Shown: in pieces, positions 39,701-48,777 of the stretch
Position numbering within the stretch: position 1 is the stretch's first letter
Layout: the number at the start of each line of letters is the position of its first letter
Source of the DNA: an uncultured Acidobacteriota bacterium
GTDB lineage: Bacteria; Acidobacteriota; Thermoanaerobaculia; Gp7-AA8
DNA: 64,000 bases
Assembly (NCBI GenBank): GCA_963822445.1
Contig: CAWGHO010000001.1
Span: forward strand, 1,248,001-1,312,000
Direction of reading: 5' to 3'
Notes under the pieces: model-generated
Databases searched by the model: none
What the model was told of the DNA's origin: nothing
The model's input: the letters and a program-made list of their open reading frames with translations, nothing else
Position numbers and translations under genes: made by a program

Positions 39701-39955
39701 GGCCTCGACGATCTGGTGGGCCGCAACACCTACTTCACCGACGGGCGCGAGCAGGTGGACATGGGCATCTACAAGACCTTCCACATGCTTCAGAACTCGG
39801 TGGTGGTCCGCCTGGACATGTTCAACGTCTTCGATCACGTGACCTTCGGCGTGCCGGTCAACGACTTCGCCAACGCGAACTTCGGCCGCATCCTCGGCGC
39901 GCACCCGGACTACATTCCCCGGACGTATCAGATCGGGATCCGGCTGCTGTACTAA
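36740..39955 (+). CDS. Oar-type TonB-dependent receptor with carboxypeptidase regulatory-like N-terminal domain
   Basis: GTIVDSSGAALPGVTVT, YSAEFGR, RDKLFAF, YVQDDWR..LTLNLGVRYE, PRLGFAY, C-terminal PRTYQIGIRLLY. Confidence 0.92.
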   Translation: MRHLTRWILVSLAVFLGVTPLLAQTVTGTMNGTIVDSSGAALPGVTVTIRNAETGLERIVVTDSAGFFNAPFLPIGRYNVEAQLGGFGMQTRQNVRVDLNQTVVQDFILGMALAESVTVTADAPRINVADGEIKQTLRAEEIMNIPSRDQTSFLGLAATLAGYQETNPGAGMDNPTLSVGSSANFNGAGTRGTTFQINGVNNDDSSENQHRQGVALATIKSFQVLSNSYSAEFGRGYGAVVLVQTMSGTNQVAGEVYGYAQDGQWNEKNFFARTQPKPENYRRQFGATGGFPIMRDKLFAFVNYDSTQFKGNTFVSRPLILASDMSLPRLTLGNDTPANRAFQDAILARFPTGLTPNNPALSNRAYQYPQFADNPDKDWSARVDWNISNSNIVYGRYQRSGQIRENQELIIGEQTLQDNDQSNFGLTWTNVLSSNTVQEVRLGIGERSTNVNILAGNDTPIVRWAAVTPGHIIGNAGAYPINRDQTDKQFVYNISSARWAGHTLKLGTDIRRSTLDDRASNNNRGFWNFTAACGGVTYASGLHAFMAGCVATYQKSIGPDFLENELNELNAYVQDDWRPFNNLTLNLGVRYERVAAPEERENRIDYFFDDSQYIDPRLGFAYTPNWDNNRFLRALTGGNGRFSIRGGYGVSHGRVFQSIFSQGGANVRYNPPDAISLSIPSSTNIADPTNGFVFVPGQPLTTRVALTTIDPDLVMPETRQWNLTFERQIFNQARVRASYIGTLGKNLLQYRFENLPLRPDAPGSQYVVAADWRCAGTGTPGQAVNATCPVAVPIAPNEISLRIPRTNERRPDARYTTNLVVDNIADSSYHGGQFEFETGLVRNFTGRMSYTFSKAMDSGSEATASGTGDINIFPPEYEDYKRGLSRFDTRHRFVGTASYHLPFFRDQKDWKGLLFGGWQVSSVIRLSSGTPFTIIDTGAVDIDFDGVANQRPVAVTPDANGGWHVNYPGDATKKLNTSKFRRATASDGLDDLVGRNTYFTDGREQVDMGIYKTFHMLQNSVVVRLDMFNVFDHVTFGVPVNDFANANFGRILGAHPDYIPRTYQIGIRLLY

Positions 39956-40055
39956 GTACGGCGAGCGTCTCGCTCGCGCCGCGCGGGGCATCCTGCCCCG
40001 CGCTTCGGCGCCGGGCGGGACGCCCGGCGCTGAGCGGCCGGGACGGCCACCGTAC
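39956..40055. repeat. About 100-bp multi-hairpin REP/REPIN-like element (single copy, inverse orientation to the 56328 array)
   Basis: Bounded by GTACGG...CCGTAC; contains GCGAGCGTCTCGCTCGC, GCGCGGGGCATCCTGCCCCGCGC and GCGCCGGGCGGGACGCCCGGCGC palindromes. Confidence 0.8.
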
Positions 40056-40057
40056 GA

Positions 40058-41245
40058 ATGACCATCACTCCCTCCCTCCTTTCGAACCTGCGCGGGCTGC
40101 CCCGGCCCGCGTGGGTTCTGTTCGGAGGGACGTTCGTCAATCGCTTCGGCACCTTCGTGATGCCGTTCCTGGCGATTTACGTCACGCGGCTGAAGTTCTC
40201 GGCAACGCAGGCCGGCCTGGCCATCAGCCTCTACGGCGCCGGAACGATCCTCGCGTCCATGCTCGGCGGCCATCTCGCCGATCGGATCGGTCGGCGGCAC
40301 ACCATAGCGTTGTCGATGCTCGGCAGCGCGGCGGCGATGATGGCGCTGTCGCAGGCGCGCTCGTTTCCTGCCATCGTCACCTGCGCGTTTTTCGTCGGCC
40401 TTGCCGGAGAGCTTTACCGTCCAGCCGCTTCCGCCCTCCTCGGTGATCTGGTTACGCCCGAACAGCGCGTCGTGGCGTTCGGCATGTACCGCTTCGCGAT
40501 CAATCTCGGCTTCGCGATCGGCCCGGCCACCGCTGGCTTTCTCGCGGACCGATCCTTCTTCTGGCTCTTCGCGGTCGATGCCGCGACGTCCCTTGCGTAC
40601 GGTGTGGTCGCGCTCTTCGCGTTGCCGCACGGAGTGCGCTCCTCGGCCTCGCAGGAAAAGACGGGCGAGGCATTGGCCGTGGCGCTGCGGGATCGCGCGT
40701 TCGTCCTTTTTCTCATCGCGACTTTTTTCCTGACCTGGGTTGAATTTCAGGTCACCTCGACTGTCCCGCTTTACATCCAGAGCCTCGGCCACTCCGCCGC
40801 CACGTACGGCATGCTCATGTCGCTCAACGGCGTAATCATCGTGACTCTCGAGCTTGTGCTGATTGCGTGGACGCAGCGCTTCCCGGCGCAAACGATGATC
40901 GCCGTCGGCTACGCGCTCACCGGCATCGGGTTCTCGCTGATGGCCGTCGCGCACGGCGTTCCGATGCTGGCGATGACCGTGGTGATCTGGACGCTCGGCG
41001 AGATGATCTACGCGCCGGTGACCGGGGCGTACGTCACGACGCTCGCGCCCGAGCGCTATCGCGGCCGCTACATGGGCCTGTGGCACCTGATGTGGTCGAT
41101 GGGCCTGCTCATCGGACCGGCGACCGGGACGATGCTGCTCGAATACAACCCCAACGTGCTGTGGGGCGCATGTCTGGTGATGGGATTGCTGGCGGCCGGG
41201 CTCGCGCTGTTGAAGCCGAGACCGGCGGTACAATCTTCGCCATGA
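40058..41245 (+). CDS. MFS transporter
   Basis: GGHLADRIGRR motif A; about 12 TM segments; APERYRGRYMG. Confidence 0.9.
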   Translation: MTITPSLLSNLRGLPRPAWVLFGGTFVNRFGTFVMPFLAIYVTRLKFSATQAGLAISLYGAGTILASMLGGHLADRIGRRHTIALSMLGSAAAMMALSQARSFPAIVTCAFFVGLAGELYRPAASALLGDLVTPEQRVVAFGMYRFAINLGFAIGPATAGFLADRSFFWLFAVDAATSLAYGVVALFALPHGVRSSASQEKTGEALAVALRDRAFVLFLIATFFLTWVEFQVTSTVPLYIQSLGHSAATYGMLMSLNGVIIVTLELVLIAWTQRFPAQTMIAVGYALTGIGFSLMAVAHGVPMLAMTVVIWTLGEMIYAPVTGAYVTTLAPERYRGRYMGLWHLMWSMGLLIGPATGTMLLEYNPNVLWGACLVMGLLAAGLALLKPRPAVQSSP

Positions 41246-42216
41246 TCCGGAAGCTCTCCCTCCTCCTCGCGCTTCTCCTCGCCACATTCGCATCCGCCGG
41301 TACACGCACGCTCGACGGCACGCGCATCGCCAATGGCGCGACTGTCGGCGGCATCGTCACCGCCGTAAATGGCAATCTCATTCATCTCGCCGGCGGAGCG
41401 ATCACCATCGACGCGACCGGCGCGAAGGCCAACGGGACCGTCGAGCCGGGGATGATCGTCCTGGCCACGCTGGACAGCTCCGACGTCGCGGCGAACGCAC
41501 CTCTCCGCGCGACGTCGATCACGGTCTCGCCGCTTCCGGACGGCACGCTCTTCGGAGCCGTACAGAGCGTCGACACGGCGAACAGCACGTTCACCATTCT
41601 CGGTCGCACGATCCGCGTTACATCCGACACGAGCTTCGGCGGCATGCACAAGAGCCGCGACAGCGAGCGGCCGAGCCTCGCCGACATCCTTCCGAATCAA
41701 CTCGTCACCGTCACCGTCGATGCGGTCAACGGCCAGCTCGTGGCCACCAACGTCCTCCTGCTCGCGCCGGCGCTCCCGGAGATTCATTCGACGAGAGGAA
41801 CGGTGAAGACCATCGGCACCGACTCGTGGGTCATCGAGCGCGAGCGCGGCGACGAGATCACCGTGGTCATCGACGCGCAGACGAAGATCGTTGGATCGCC
41901 GAAAGCCGGCGACACCGTCGAGCTGCTCTACCGCGTCGACTCCTCGAACACCTTCGTGGCCATCTCCATCATCAAGTTCACCCCGCCCAAGCTGCCGACG
42001 ATCGACATCTTCCGCTTCTCCGGCGTCGTCGAGTCGATCGAATCGTCTGCCTGGGTCGTGGCGAAGGACGAAGGCAGCGAGAAGGTCAAACTGGTGATCG
42101 ATCGAAACTCGCAGATCGACCCAGGCATCAGGACCGGCGACAAGGTGGAAGTGCTCGCGCAGCGCAACAAAGACGGCAGCGTCACCGCGCTGGTGATCGT
42201 GAGGCGTCTTTTCTAA
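41242..42216 (+). CDS. Secreted DUF5666 (repeated OB-fold) protein
   Basis: Signal peptide from ATG 41242; repeated G.V..V/I.....T..G..V..D..T units; TACAAT 7 nt upstream of the ATG. Confidence 0.75.
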   Translation: MIRKLSLLLALLLATFASAGTRTLDGTRIANGATVGGIVTAVNGNLIHLAGGAITIDATGAKANGTVEPGMIVLATLDSSDVAANAPLRATSITVSPLPDGTLFGAVQSVDTANSTFTILGRTIRVTSDTSFGGMHKSRDSERPSLADILPNQLVTVTVDAVNGQLVATNVLLLAPALPEIHSTRGTVKTIGTDSWVIERERGDEITVVIDAQTKIVGSPKAGDTVELLYRVDSSNTFVAISIIKFTPPKLPTIDIFRFSGVVESIESSAWVVAKDEGSEKVKLVIDRNSQIDPGIRTGDKVEVLAQRNKDGSVTALVIVRRLF

Positions 42217-42962
42217 GACGGCACGATCCAGCCTTCGACGACCTTCCCCTCAAACCCGAAAAACTCGCGAATGACCGCCGGCCGCATCACCTCGGCCGGC
42301 GTCGCGTCGAGCGCGAGCGCGCCGTTCTGCATCACGAGCATGCGGTCGCTGCGCGCCGACGCCCAGTTCAGATCGTGCGCCGCGAAGACGACAGTGCAGC
42401 CCGTGCGATCGACGACGTCGCGCAGCAGCGCTGAGAACTGCTGCACGTGGGAGAGATCGAGCGCGGCCAGCGGCTCATCGAGCAGGATCAGTTTCGGCGT
42501 TCCGGCCAGCACGCGCGCGAGAAACACACGCTTCCGCTCGCCGCCGCTCATCTCATCGAGATAGCGATCGGCGAGATGCGCGGCATCGCAGAGCTCGAGT
42601 GCGCGCCGCGCTTCATCGAAGTCGCTCGCCGTTTCCCACGCAAAGCGTCCGAGGTAGGGCGCGCGGCCGGAGACGACGACGTCGAGCGCGCGCATCGTAA
42701 ATGCTGGATCGGGATCCTGCGGCAGGTAGCCCACGCGCCGCGCGTACTCCTTGCCGTTCCATTGCGCGAGCGGTTTCGCTTCGAACAGAACTACGCCTGT
42801 CTGCGGCGCGAGGACTCTCGCCGCGATCTTCAGCAAAGTCGATTTACCGGAGCCGTTCGGACCGGTGAGCGCGACGAGTTGTCCCTCGCCGATTCGCAGC
42901 GACACGTCGCGCACCGCGTTCGTGCCGGCATACGAATACGTCGCGCCGCGAAGCTCGAGCAT
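42213..42962 (-). CDS. Cobalamin/iron-chelate ABC transporter ATP-binding protein
   Basis: GPNGSGKST, MSGGERKRVFLAR, LLDEP, HDLN. Confidence 0.9.
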   Translation of the reverse strand: MLELRGATYSYAGTNAVRDVSLRIGEGQLVALTGPNGSGKSTLLKIAARVLAPQTGVVLFEAKPLAQWNGKEYARRVGYLPQDPDPAFTMRALDVVVSGRAPYLGRFAWETASDFDEARRALELCDAAHLADRYLDEMSGGERKRVFLARVLAGTPKLILLDEPLAALDLSHVQQFSALLRDVVDRTGCTVVFAAHDLNWASARSDRMLVMQNGALALDATPAEVMRPAVIREFFGFEGKVVEGWIVPS

Positions 42963-43904
42963 CAGCGCGCTCTCCGCAACAACGACAGAAAGAACGGGAC
43001 CCCCAGGATCGCTGTGAATGCGCCGATCGGGAGCTCGATCGAGGTGACCGCGGTGCGCGACACGACGTCGGCGAAGACGACCAGCGCCGCGCCGCCGAGC
43101 GCTGTGAGCGGGAGGAGAAAGCGGAAGTCGCGATGCCAGATCAGGCGGATCAGATGGGGAACGAGCAGGCCGACGAAACCGATGATGCCGCTGACGGCGA
43201 CCGCGGCACCGGTGATGATCGACGCCGCGCCGAAGCCGATCAGCTTCACCCGCTCGACATCCACGCCGCGCGATTTCGCATCCTCTTCACCGAAGGCGAG
43301 CAGGCGCAGATCGTTCGCGTAAAACGCGAGCGCGGCCATCGTGACGATCAGCAGCGACGCGATCACCGCGACGTTCGGCCAGCTCGCGCCGAAGAGCGTT
43401 CCCATCATCCAGCGCAAGCGCCGCGGTGAGATCGGCCTGCGGCGAGAGGGCGAAGGAAATGAGGATGATCGCGGAGAAGAACGCGTTGAGCACCAGTCCG
43501 GAAATCAGCAGCCGCGTCGGATCGGTGTGATCGCGGCGACGCGCGAGCGCGAAGACAGCCGCGGTTGCGCCGATCGCCCCCACGAACGCGACCAGTTGCA
43601 CGGCACCGGGAACGCGCCCGAATCCCAACGCCGTCGACACCGCCGCGCCGCAGGCCGCACCGCCGGAGACGCCGAGGATGAATGGGTCCGCGAGTGGGTT
43701 CCGCAGCAGGGTTTGAAAGGTCAGACCCGCGACGGCCAGCGTCGCGCCGATGACCGCGGCGAGCAGCACGCGCGGCAGGCGGATGCGCATCACGATCGTG
43801 CGCGCGGTCTCATCGTCCCAGTCGATGCGCGTCGAGCCGAAGGCCACGGCGATGGCAATTGCCAGCAGCAGGACGAGAGTCAGGAGAAGGATCGCGCGCG
43901 TCAT
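42962..43904 (-). CDS. FecCD/BtuC-family permease, frameshifted near 43416
   Basis: RLPRV, LRNPLADPFILGVSGGA in the first frame; WMMG, GFVGLLVPH, ELPIG in the second frame; an extra T in GCG CT(T)G CGC TGG. Confidence 0.85.
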
Positions 43905-44740
43905 TCCGCGCGGTCGAGTATCGCATTCAGCGCCCGGGCCGCCTCGGCAACCCGCGGACCCGGCCGCTGAAAGATGTCCTGATCGACGGCTTCGATTCGC
44001 GGGCGGATGCCTGGCGCGCGCGCGAGCAGCGCGTCGACCTGCTCCGGCGTGACCGCGCCTCGGGGATAAAGAATCAGATCGGGCGGATTCGCGACCAGCG
44101 ATTCCAGCGAGTACTGCGGCCAGCCGCTGACCTCGACCGCGTTCTGCGCCCCCGTGTGCGTGAAGAGATCGTCGATGAATGTGTTGCGGCCGGCGACGTA
44201 CAGCGGATCGGTCCAGACGGCGAACAGCACGCGCAGGGATTTCGCACGCGTTCGTTTCTCCGAATCGAGGTAGCGCTCCAGCACGGGAATCGCGGTGTTG
44301 GTTCGATACCCGTTCGTCTTCTGCCCGAGCATGCGCATGGCCGGCGCGATTTCAGCGAGACGGTCGGTCTTCACCAGCATCAGCGGGACATTCACCGCCT
44401 TCAGCGCCTGGGCGAGATTCGGATGATTCCCTTCCGTCGAAGCGATCACCAGGTCGGGCTTCAGCGCGGCGATCTTCTCGATGTCCGGCTGCATCGCGCC
44501 GACTTTCGGCAGCCGTTGCGCGGCCGGCGGGAAATTCGAAGCGTCGTCGGTCCCGACGAGATTCTTCTCCGCGCCGACGGCGAACATCATCTCGGTGAGG
44601 TTCGGCGCGAGGCTGACCACGCGCACGGGACGCGCCGCGGGGGCGGGCGCTTCGGTCTTCTGACATCCGACCAGACAAACAAAAACCGCGGCCGAAGCCG
44701 CGGCTCGAATCCAGCGGATGCGGGAGCGGTTAGGACTCAC
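43901..44740 (-). CDS. BtuF-like helical-backbone substrate-binding lipoprotein
   Basis: LVGC lipobox; RVVSLAPNLTE, PDIEKIAALKPDLV, RPGPR; start GTG 44740 or ATG 44755. Confidence 0.85.
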   Translation of the reverse strand: MSPNRSRIRWIRAAASAAVFVCLVGCQKTEAPAPAARPVRVVSLAPNLTEMMFAVGAEKNLVGTDDASNFPPAAQRLPKVGAMQPDIEKIAALKPDLVIASTEGNHPNLAQALKAVNVPLMLVKTDRLAEIAPAMRMLGQKTNGYRTNTAIPVLERYLDSEKRTRAKSLRVLFAVWTDPLYVAGRNTFIDDLFTHTGAQNAVEVSGWPQYSLESLVANPPDLILYPRGAVTPEQVDALLARAPGIRPRIEAVDQDIFQRPGPRVAEAARALNAILDRAE

Positions 44741-44960
44741 CGCCCTCGTCGTCATCGAGATCGTTGGGGACGCCGAGGCGAGTGCAGGCGGCGGCGTACA
44801 TCTGCTTGGAGGCGTTGATCGCGGACTGCAACTCGGCGATGCGGTCCTTGACCTTCGCCAGCTCTTCCTCGATCGAGTCCTTGAGATCGTTGATCTCCTG
44901 CTTGGTCACGCTGAGCGTGGTCTCGTAGAACTTTCGCTGCTGGTCTGTCAGAACGGGCAT
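44730..44960 (-). CDS. Small coiled-coil hypothetical protein (76 aa)
   Basis: Strongly biased codon usage; heptad pattern INDLKDSIEEELAKVKDRIAELQSAI; SD-like GGAG upstream. Confidence 0.7.
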   Translation of the reverse strand: MPVLTDQQRKFYETTLSVTKQEINDLKDSIEEELAKVKDRIAELQSAINASKQMYAAACTRLGVPNDLDDDEGGES

Positions 44961-44985
44961 TGAGCACTCTCCAAAGCGATTTCTA

Positions 44986-47842
44986 TCATGGCTGGAAGTC
45001 GATCGGCACGGTGAGCCACGACTTCACCCGCACGCCGTCCTTGGTGGCGGGCGCGAACGTGGAGCGGCGCATCGTTTCCTGGGCGGCCTCGTTCAGGCCC
45101 ACGGCGCGATTCACTCCGCGAATCACGTCGACGCGCATCACCTGTCCGGTCTCCGACACGAGCACGTTCATCACCACCCGTCCGCCGATTTTCTGAATGC
45201 GCGCGACGGGCGGATACGGAACGGTGCCGCGACGGGTGATGCGCGGTGGAGTGAGCCCTTCCGTTCCCGCGGGAACGAGGTCGCCTTCGCGGGCCCGGGC
45301 GGCGGCCGGCGCGGCTTGCTGCGGGGCGGGGGCCGGAGCGGTGACTTGCGGCGCCGGTTCCTGGGTCTGGGTGACGGGAGCGGGCGTGGGACGGGTCTCG
45401 ACCGGCGCGGGAGCTTCCTGCTGCGGCGTGGGACGGTTGTCCGCCACCGGAACCGGAGCGGGACGCGCCGGCGCGGTCGTCGCGGTCGCACCCTGTTGTT
45501 GCGCCTGTTGCCGGGCGAGCGCTTCGAGTCGCGCGCGTTCCGCGGCAATGCGCTTCTGCACTTCGGCATCGACGGCCGACGGATCGAGGGCCGTACCGGT
45601 CGTACCGGTGGTCAGTGTCGTATCGGTGGACAGCGGAATGACAGTGGATGTTGCCGGAGCGCCGGTCGTTGCGCTCGTTGCCGTGGCGACCGGCGTCGTG
45701 GCTGCCGGCGTGTCGGATTTCTTGTTCATCACCACGACCGCGCCGGCGATTCCCGCCAGGAGCAGAACGACGCCGATGGCGATGAGCGGCATCGCCGAGC
45801 CCTTCTTCGCGGCCGGCGGATGCTGTTCCCACGGCTCCGGCGTCGCTACGGGCGCGGGCACGGCCATCGCCGGTGCTGACGCGACGGCGGCAACGGCCGG
45901 GATAATCGTGGCGGGCTTCGCGGGCGTCACGACCGGCGGTGGCGGCAGGTGGGACGGCTCCGGCTCGGGCGCCATCATCGGCTCGGTCGTGGACATGCGG
46001 TGCATGTAGATCGCGAGGTCCGCGCTGGTCGGTGTCGGCTTGAAGCTGTAGAGGATGGCGTCGATGTCGCGAGCCATCTCCCCGGCGGTCTGATAGCGAT
46101 TGGCCGGATCTTTCTGCAGCGCCTTGAGCACGACCCGATCGATGTCTTGCGGTGACCTCGTCGTTCAACTGCGAAGGCGGCTGCGACCCGCGCTTCGCGG
46201 ACCTGCTCGAGGATCGACAGCTCGTTGTCGCCGGTGAAGAGCTTGCGGCCGGTGAGCATCTCGAAGAGCACCGTCGCCAGCGAGAAGATGTCCGAGCGCG
46301 GTCGATCGAGCGGCCCCAGGCCTGCTCGGGCGACATGTACTGCAGCTTGCCCTTGAGCGCGCCGGCCTGCGTGTGCGAAGCCTTCGACGCTGCCTTGGCG
46401 ATGCCGAAGTCGCAGAGCTTGATGTCGCCTTCCTGCGAGATCAGCACGTTCTGCGGCGAGACGTCGCGATGAACGAGGCCCATCTCCTTGTCTTCGAAGT
46501 CGCGCTTGCGGTGCGCGTAGTCGAGCGCGGAGGCGATCTTCGAGGCGATGAACAGCGCGAGCTGCGGCTGCATCGGCTGTCCGCGCTCCTCGCCGCGGCG
46601 GAGGATGGCTTTCAGATCGTAGCCATCGATGTACTCCATGGCGATGTAGTAGGAGTTCTGGATCTTGCCGAGGTCGTAGATGTGGATGATGTTGTTGTGG
46701 TTGAGCTGCGCGGCCAGCTTGGCCTCATCGACGAACATCTCGATGAAGTCCTGGTTGTCCGACAGATGGGGAAGGATCTTCTTGATGGCGACCGTCTTCT
46801 GGAATCCTTCGACGCCGCGCATCCGCGCCTTCCAGACCTCGGCCATGCCGCCCGTGGCGATCTTCTCGATCATCACGTACTGGCCGAACTTCACGCCGTC
46901 CGTGACTTCCTCTTCCTCGACGCGCGGTGCTTCCGGCGTTGCGAAGACGGGCTGCGACACCGGCACGCGGTCGGCGACGTAAGCCTTCATCCGCTCGGTG
47001 TTGAACTTCGGCGCCGGTGCGGGCGCGGGCGGAGGCTCGGGAGGAGCGACCGGCGTGGCAGGACGCGATCCCGCCGTTCCGGCCGCGGCGTTCTTGCGCG
47101 CCGATTTCTCGAGACCGGAAAGCGTGTCGTGCAGACGCTTGTCGAGATCCGACGTGCCGGTGCCGGGCATCGTGCGCGGCTTCGTCTGCGGACCCGATTG
47201 AGGCTGTGCTGGTGCTGCCGGCGGTGCCGGTGTTCCCGCGGCCGGCGTTGAAGGCTGCGCGGCGGCCGGATCTTTCCGCCGCGGGAGGTTCATGCCCGCG
47301 AGCGTGTCGGCGAGCATCTTGTCGACGTCGCCGGTCGACTGCCGCGAGGCGGTGGGCTTCTTGGCCGGCTTATCTTCCTCGAGCACGTCTCCGAAGATGT
47401 CGTTCGAGGTCAGGCCGGCAGGCGCGTCCGAGCTCGGATGCACCGTGAAGTCTTCGAACGGCGGAAGCTCGCCGCGGATGCCGAGCATCTGCTGGACCTT
47501 GCCGAGAAACTCGTGCTCGGAGTATGGCTTGGGAAGGATGTCCGATGCGCCGACGCGCTGCGCGTCCTGCTTGGGACTCTTGCCGTTGTAGCCGGAGACG
47601 GTCAGCAGGATGGGTGTCTCCTGCAGAGGCTTGCGGCCGCGGATCGCGCGAATCAGCTCGGTGGTGCTGATTTTCGGGACGACCGAGGAGAGCACGATCA
47701 GGCGCGGCTCGGCTTCGAGGGCCTTCATCGCCTCCTCGCCGTCGCGGGCAAAGGTGGTGGTGAATGGCTGCCCCGCGAGCGCCTGCTTCACGCGATCGGT
47801 GTAGCGCGGCTCGTACTCGACAACAAGAATGTTTTCAGACAT
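44986..47842 (-). CDS. Pseudo-receiver + Ser/Thr kinase + TM + TonB-C fusion; three indels near 46300, 46183 and 46148
   Basis: REC-like start ILVVEYE...KP; kinase motifs IATGGMAEV, AIK, HRDVSPQN, DFG, YMSPE; continues across frames (SDIFSL, QPPSQLN, VLKALQKDPANRYQ); TM helix; YPPVAR...FAPATKDGVRVKSW. Confidence 0.82.
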
Positions 47843-47926
47843 GTACGTGAGGGCCCATCGGTTTTCGGGAATGAGGCTGTGATTTTGGCACAAGCCCGTA
47901 GGACTTGCTACCGCCTCCGCCCGCCC

Positions 47927-48008
47927 GGTTGCGGGGTTACGGGGGTTTCGGGGTTCGAGAGAGCTCGGTTCTCCCCCGAAACCTCGTAACCCCGTGACCT
48001 CGCAACCC
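47927..48008. repeat. Octamer inverted tandem-repeat element, copy 2
   Basis: ggttgc ggggttac gggggtttc ggggttc ... ccccgaaa cctcgtaa ccccgtga cctcgcaa ccc. Confidence 0.85.
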
Positions 48009-48009
48009 G

Positions 48010-48681
48010 TCAGCTGGCGAGGAACGCCGCTATGGCGATGATCGCCGGGCTGATCCCGGTGAGGACCAGCGTCCCGAACCCCCGCGCCGCCGAGAACCGG
48101 TTCGCCTCGGCCACGGTGTTGCTGGCCACGACGAAGTACCAGATCAGCATCGTCAGCTCCAGGGCTCCGAAGATGACCGTGCCGATGCAGCCGGCGCCCA
48201 TGGCCTCGGGCCTGAACGTCAGCTCGCCCGGGCCCACGCGCATCCGGTTCGCCATCGGGCCCGACCAGAGCAGCACCGCGGCCAGGCGATACGAGATCGC
48301 CCAGATGATCGGCGCGAGCCCCCAGGCCATGGCCGAGCGAACCTCGCGCGGCGTGCCGGTCCCTTCGAGCAGGCGGCTCACTCCATAGGCGATCCAGGAG
48401 AAGACATAAAACAAAAGGATGAAGACCGCGGCGACGGCGATGCAGATCCCGACCGCCAGCAGCCCGAAATGGACCGGCACCTTGCGCAGCCGGTCGAGCG
48501 ACGAGCGATCGAAGTCGCCGAGAATCGCTGACACCGTCGCCAGTAGAACCAGGGGGATGATCATGCGGTCGCGCCCGGCGTCGAGAATCCGCCGCATGGT
48601 GATGCGCGGGCGGATCATGATCGTGGCGAGACTCTTGAGCGCACTCGGGCGGGCGGTCGGTTCGGCGGCGACGGCTTCCAC
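48010..48681 (-). CDS. Yip1-domain membrane protein
   Basis: IMIRPRITMRRIL, LLEGTGT..EVRSAMAW..AP, VAEANRFS; probable GTG start at 48681. Confidence 0.75.
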   Translation of the reverse strand: MEAVAAEPTARPSALKSLATIMIRPRITMRRILDAGRDRMIIPLVLLATVSAILGDFDRSSLDRLRKVPVHFGLLAVGICIAVAAVFILLFYVFSWIAYGVSRLLEGTGTPREVRSAMAWGLAPIIWAISYRLAAVLLWSGPMANRMRVGPGELTFRPEAMGAGCIGTVIFGALELTMLIWYFVVASNTVAEANRFSAARGFGTLVLTGISPAIIAIAAFLAS

Positions 48682-48777
48682 TGGATTGTCGATACGGTAC
48701 GCGACCGCCCGAGTTTCCGCGCGGGGAAAAAGACACCCGCGACTCTCTAAGGAGGTGAACCGACAAGGAGGCAATTC

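Noticed and set aside
44756-44990. Cobalamin riboswitch upstream of the BtuFCD-like genes
   Set aside because: The region is occupied by the 76-aa ORF and no B12-box motif is recognisable; the substrate (B12 versus iron chelate) stays unresolved.
47885-47910. Sigma54 promoter (TGGCAC...TTGC)
   Set aside because: The GG/GC spacing is wrong and the orientation does not serve an adjacent gene.
44948-48766. 1272-aa ORF taken as one real protein
   Set aside because: It is a chimera of off-frame Yip1 sequence, a repeat element, the true REC-kinase part and an off-frame tail caused by indels.
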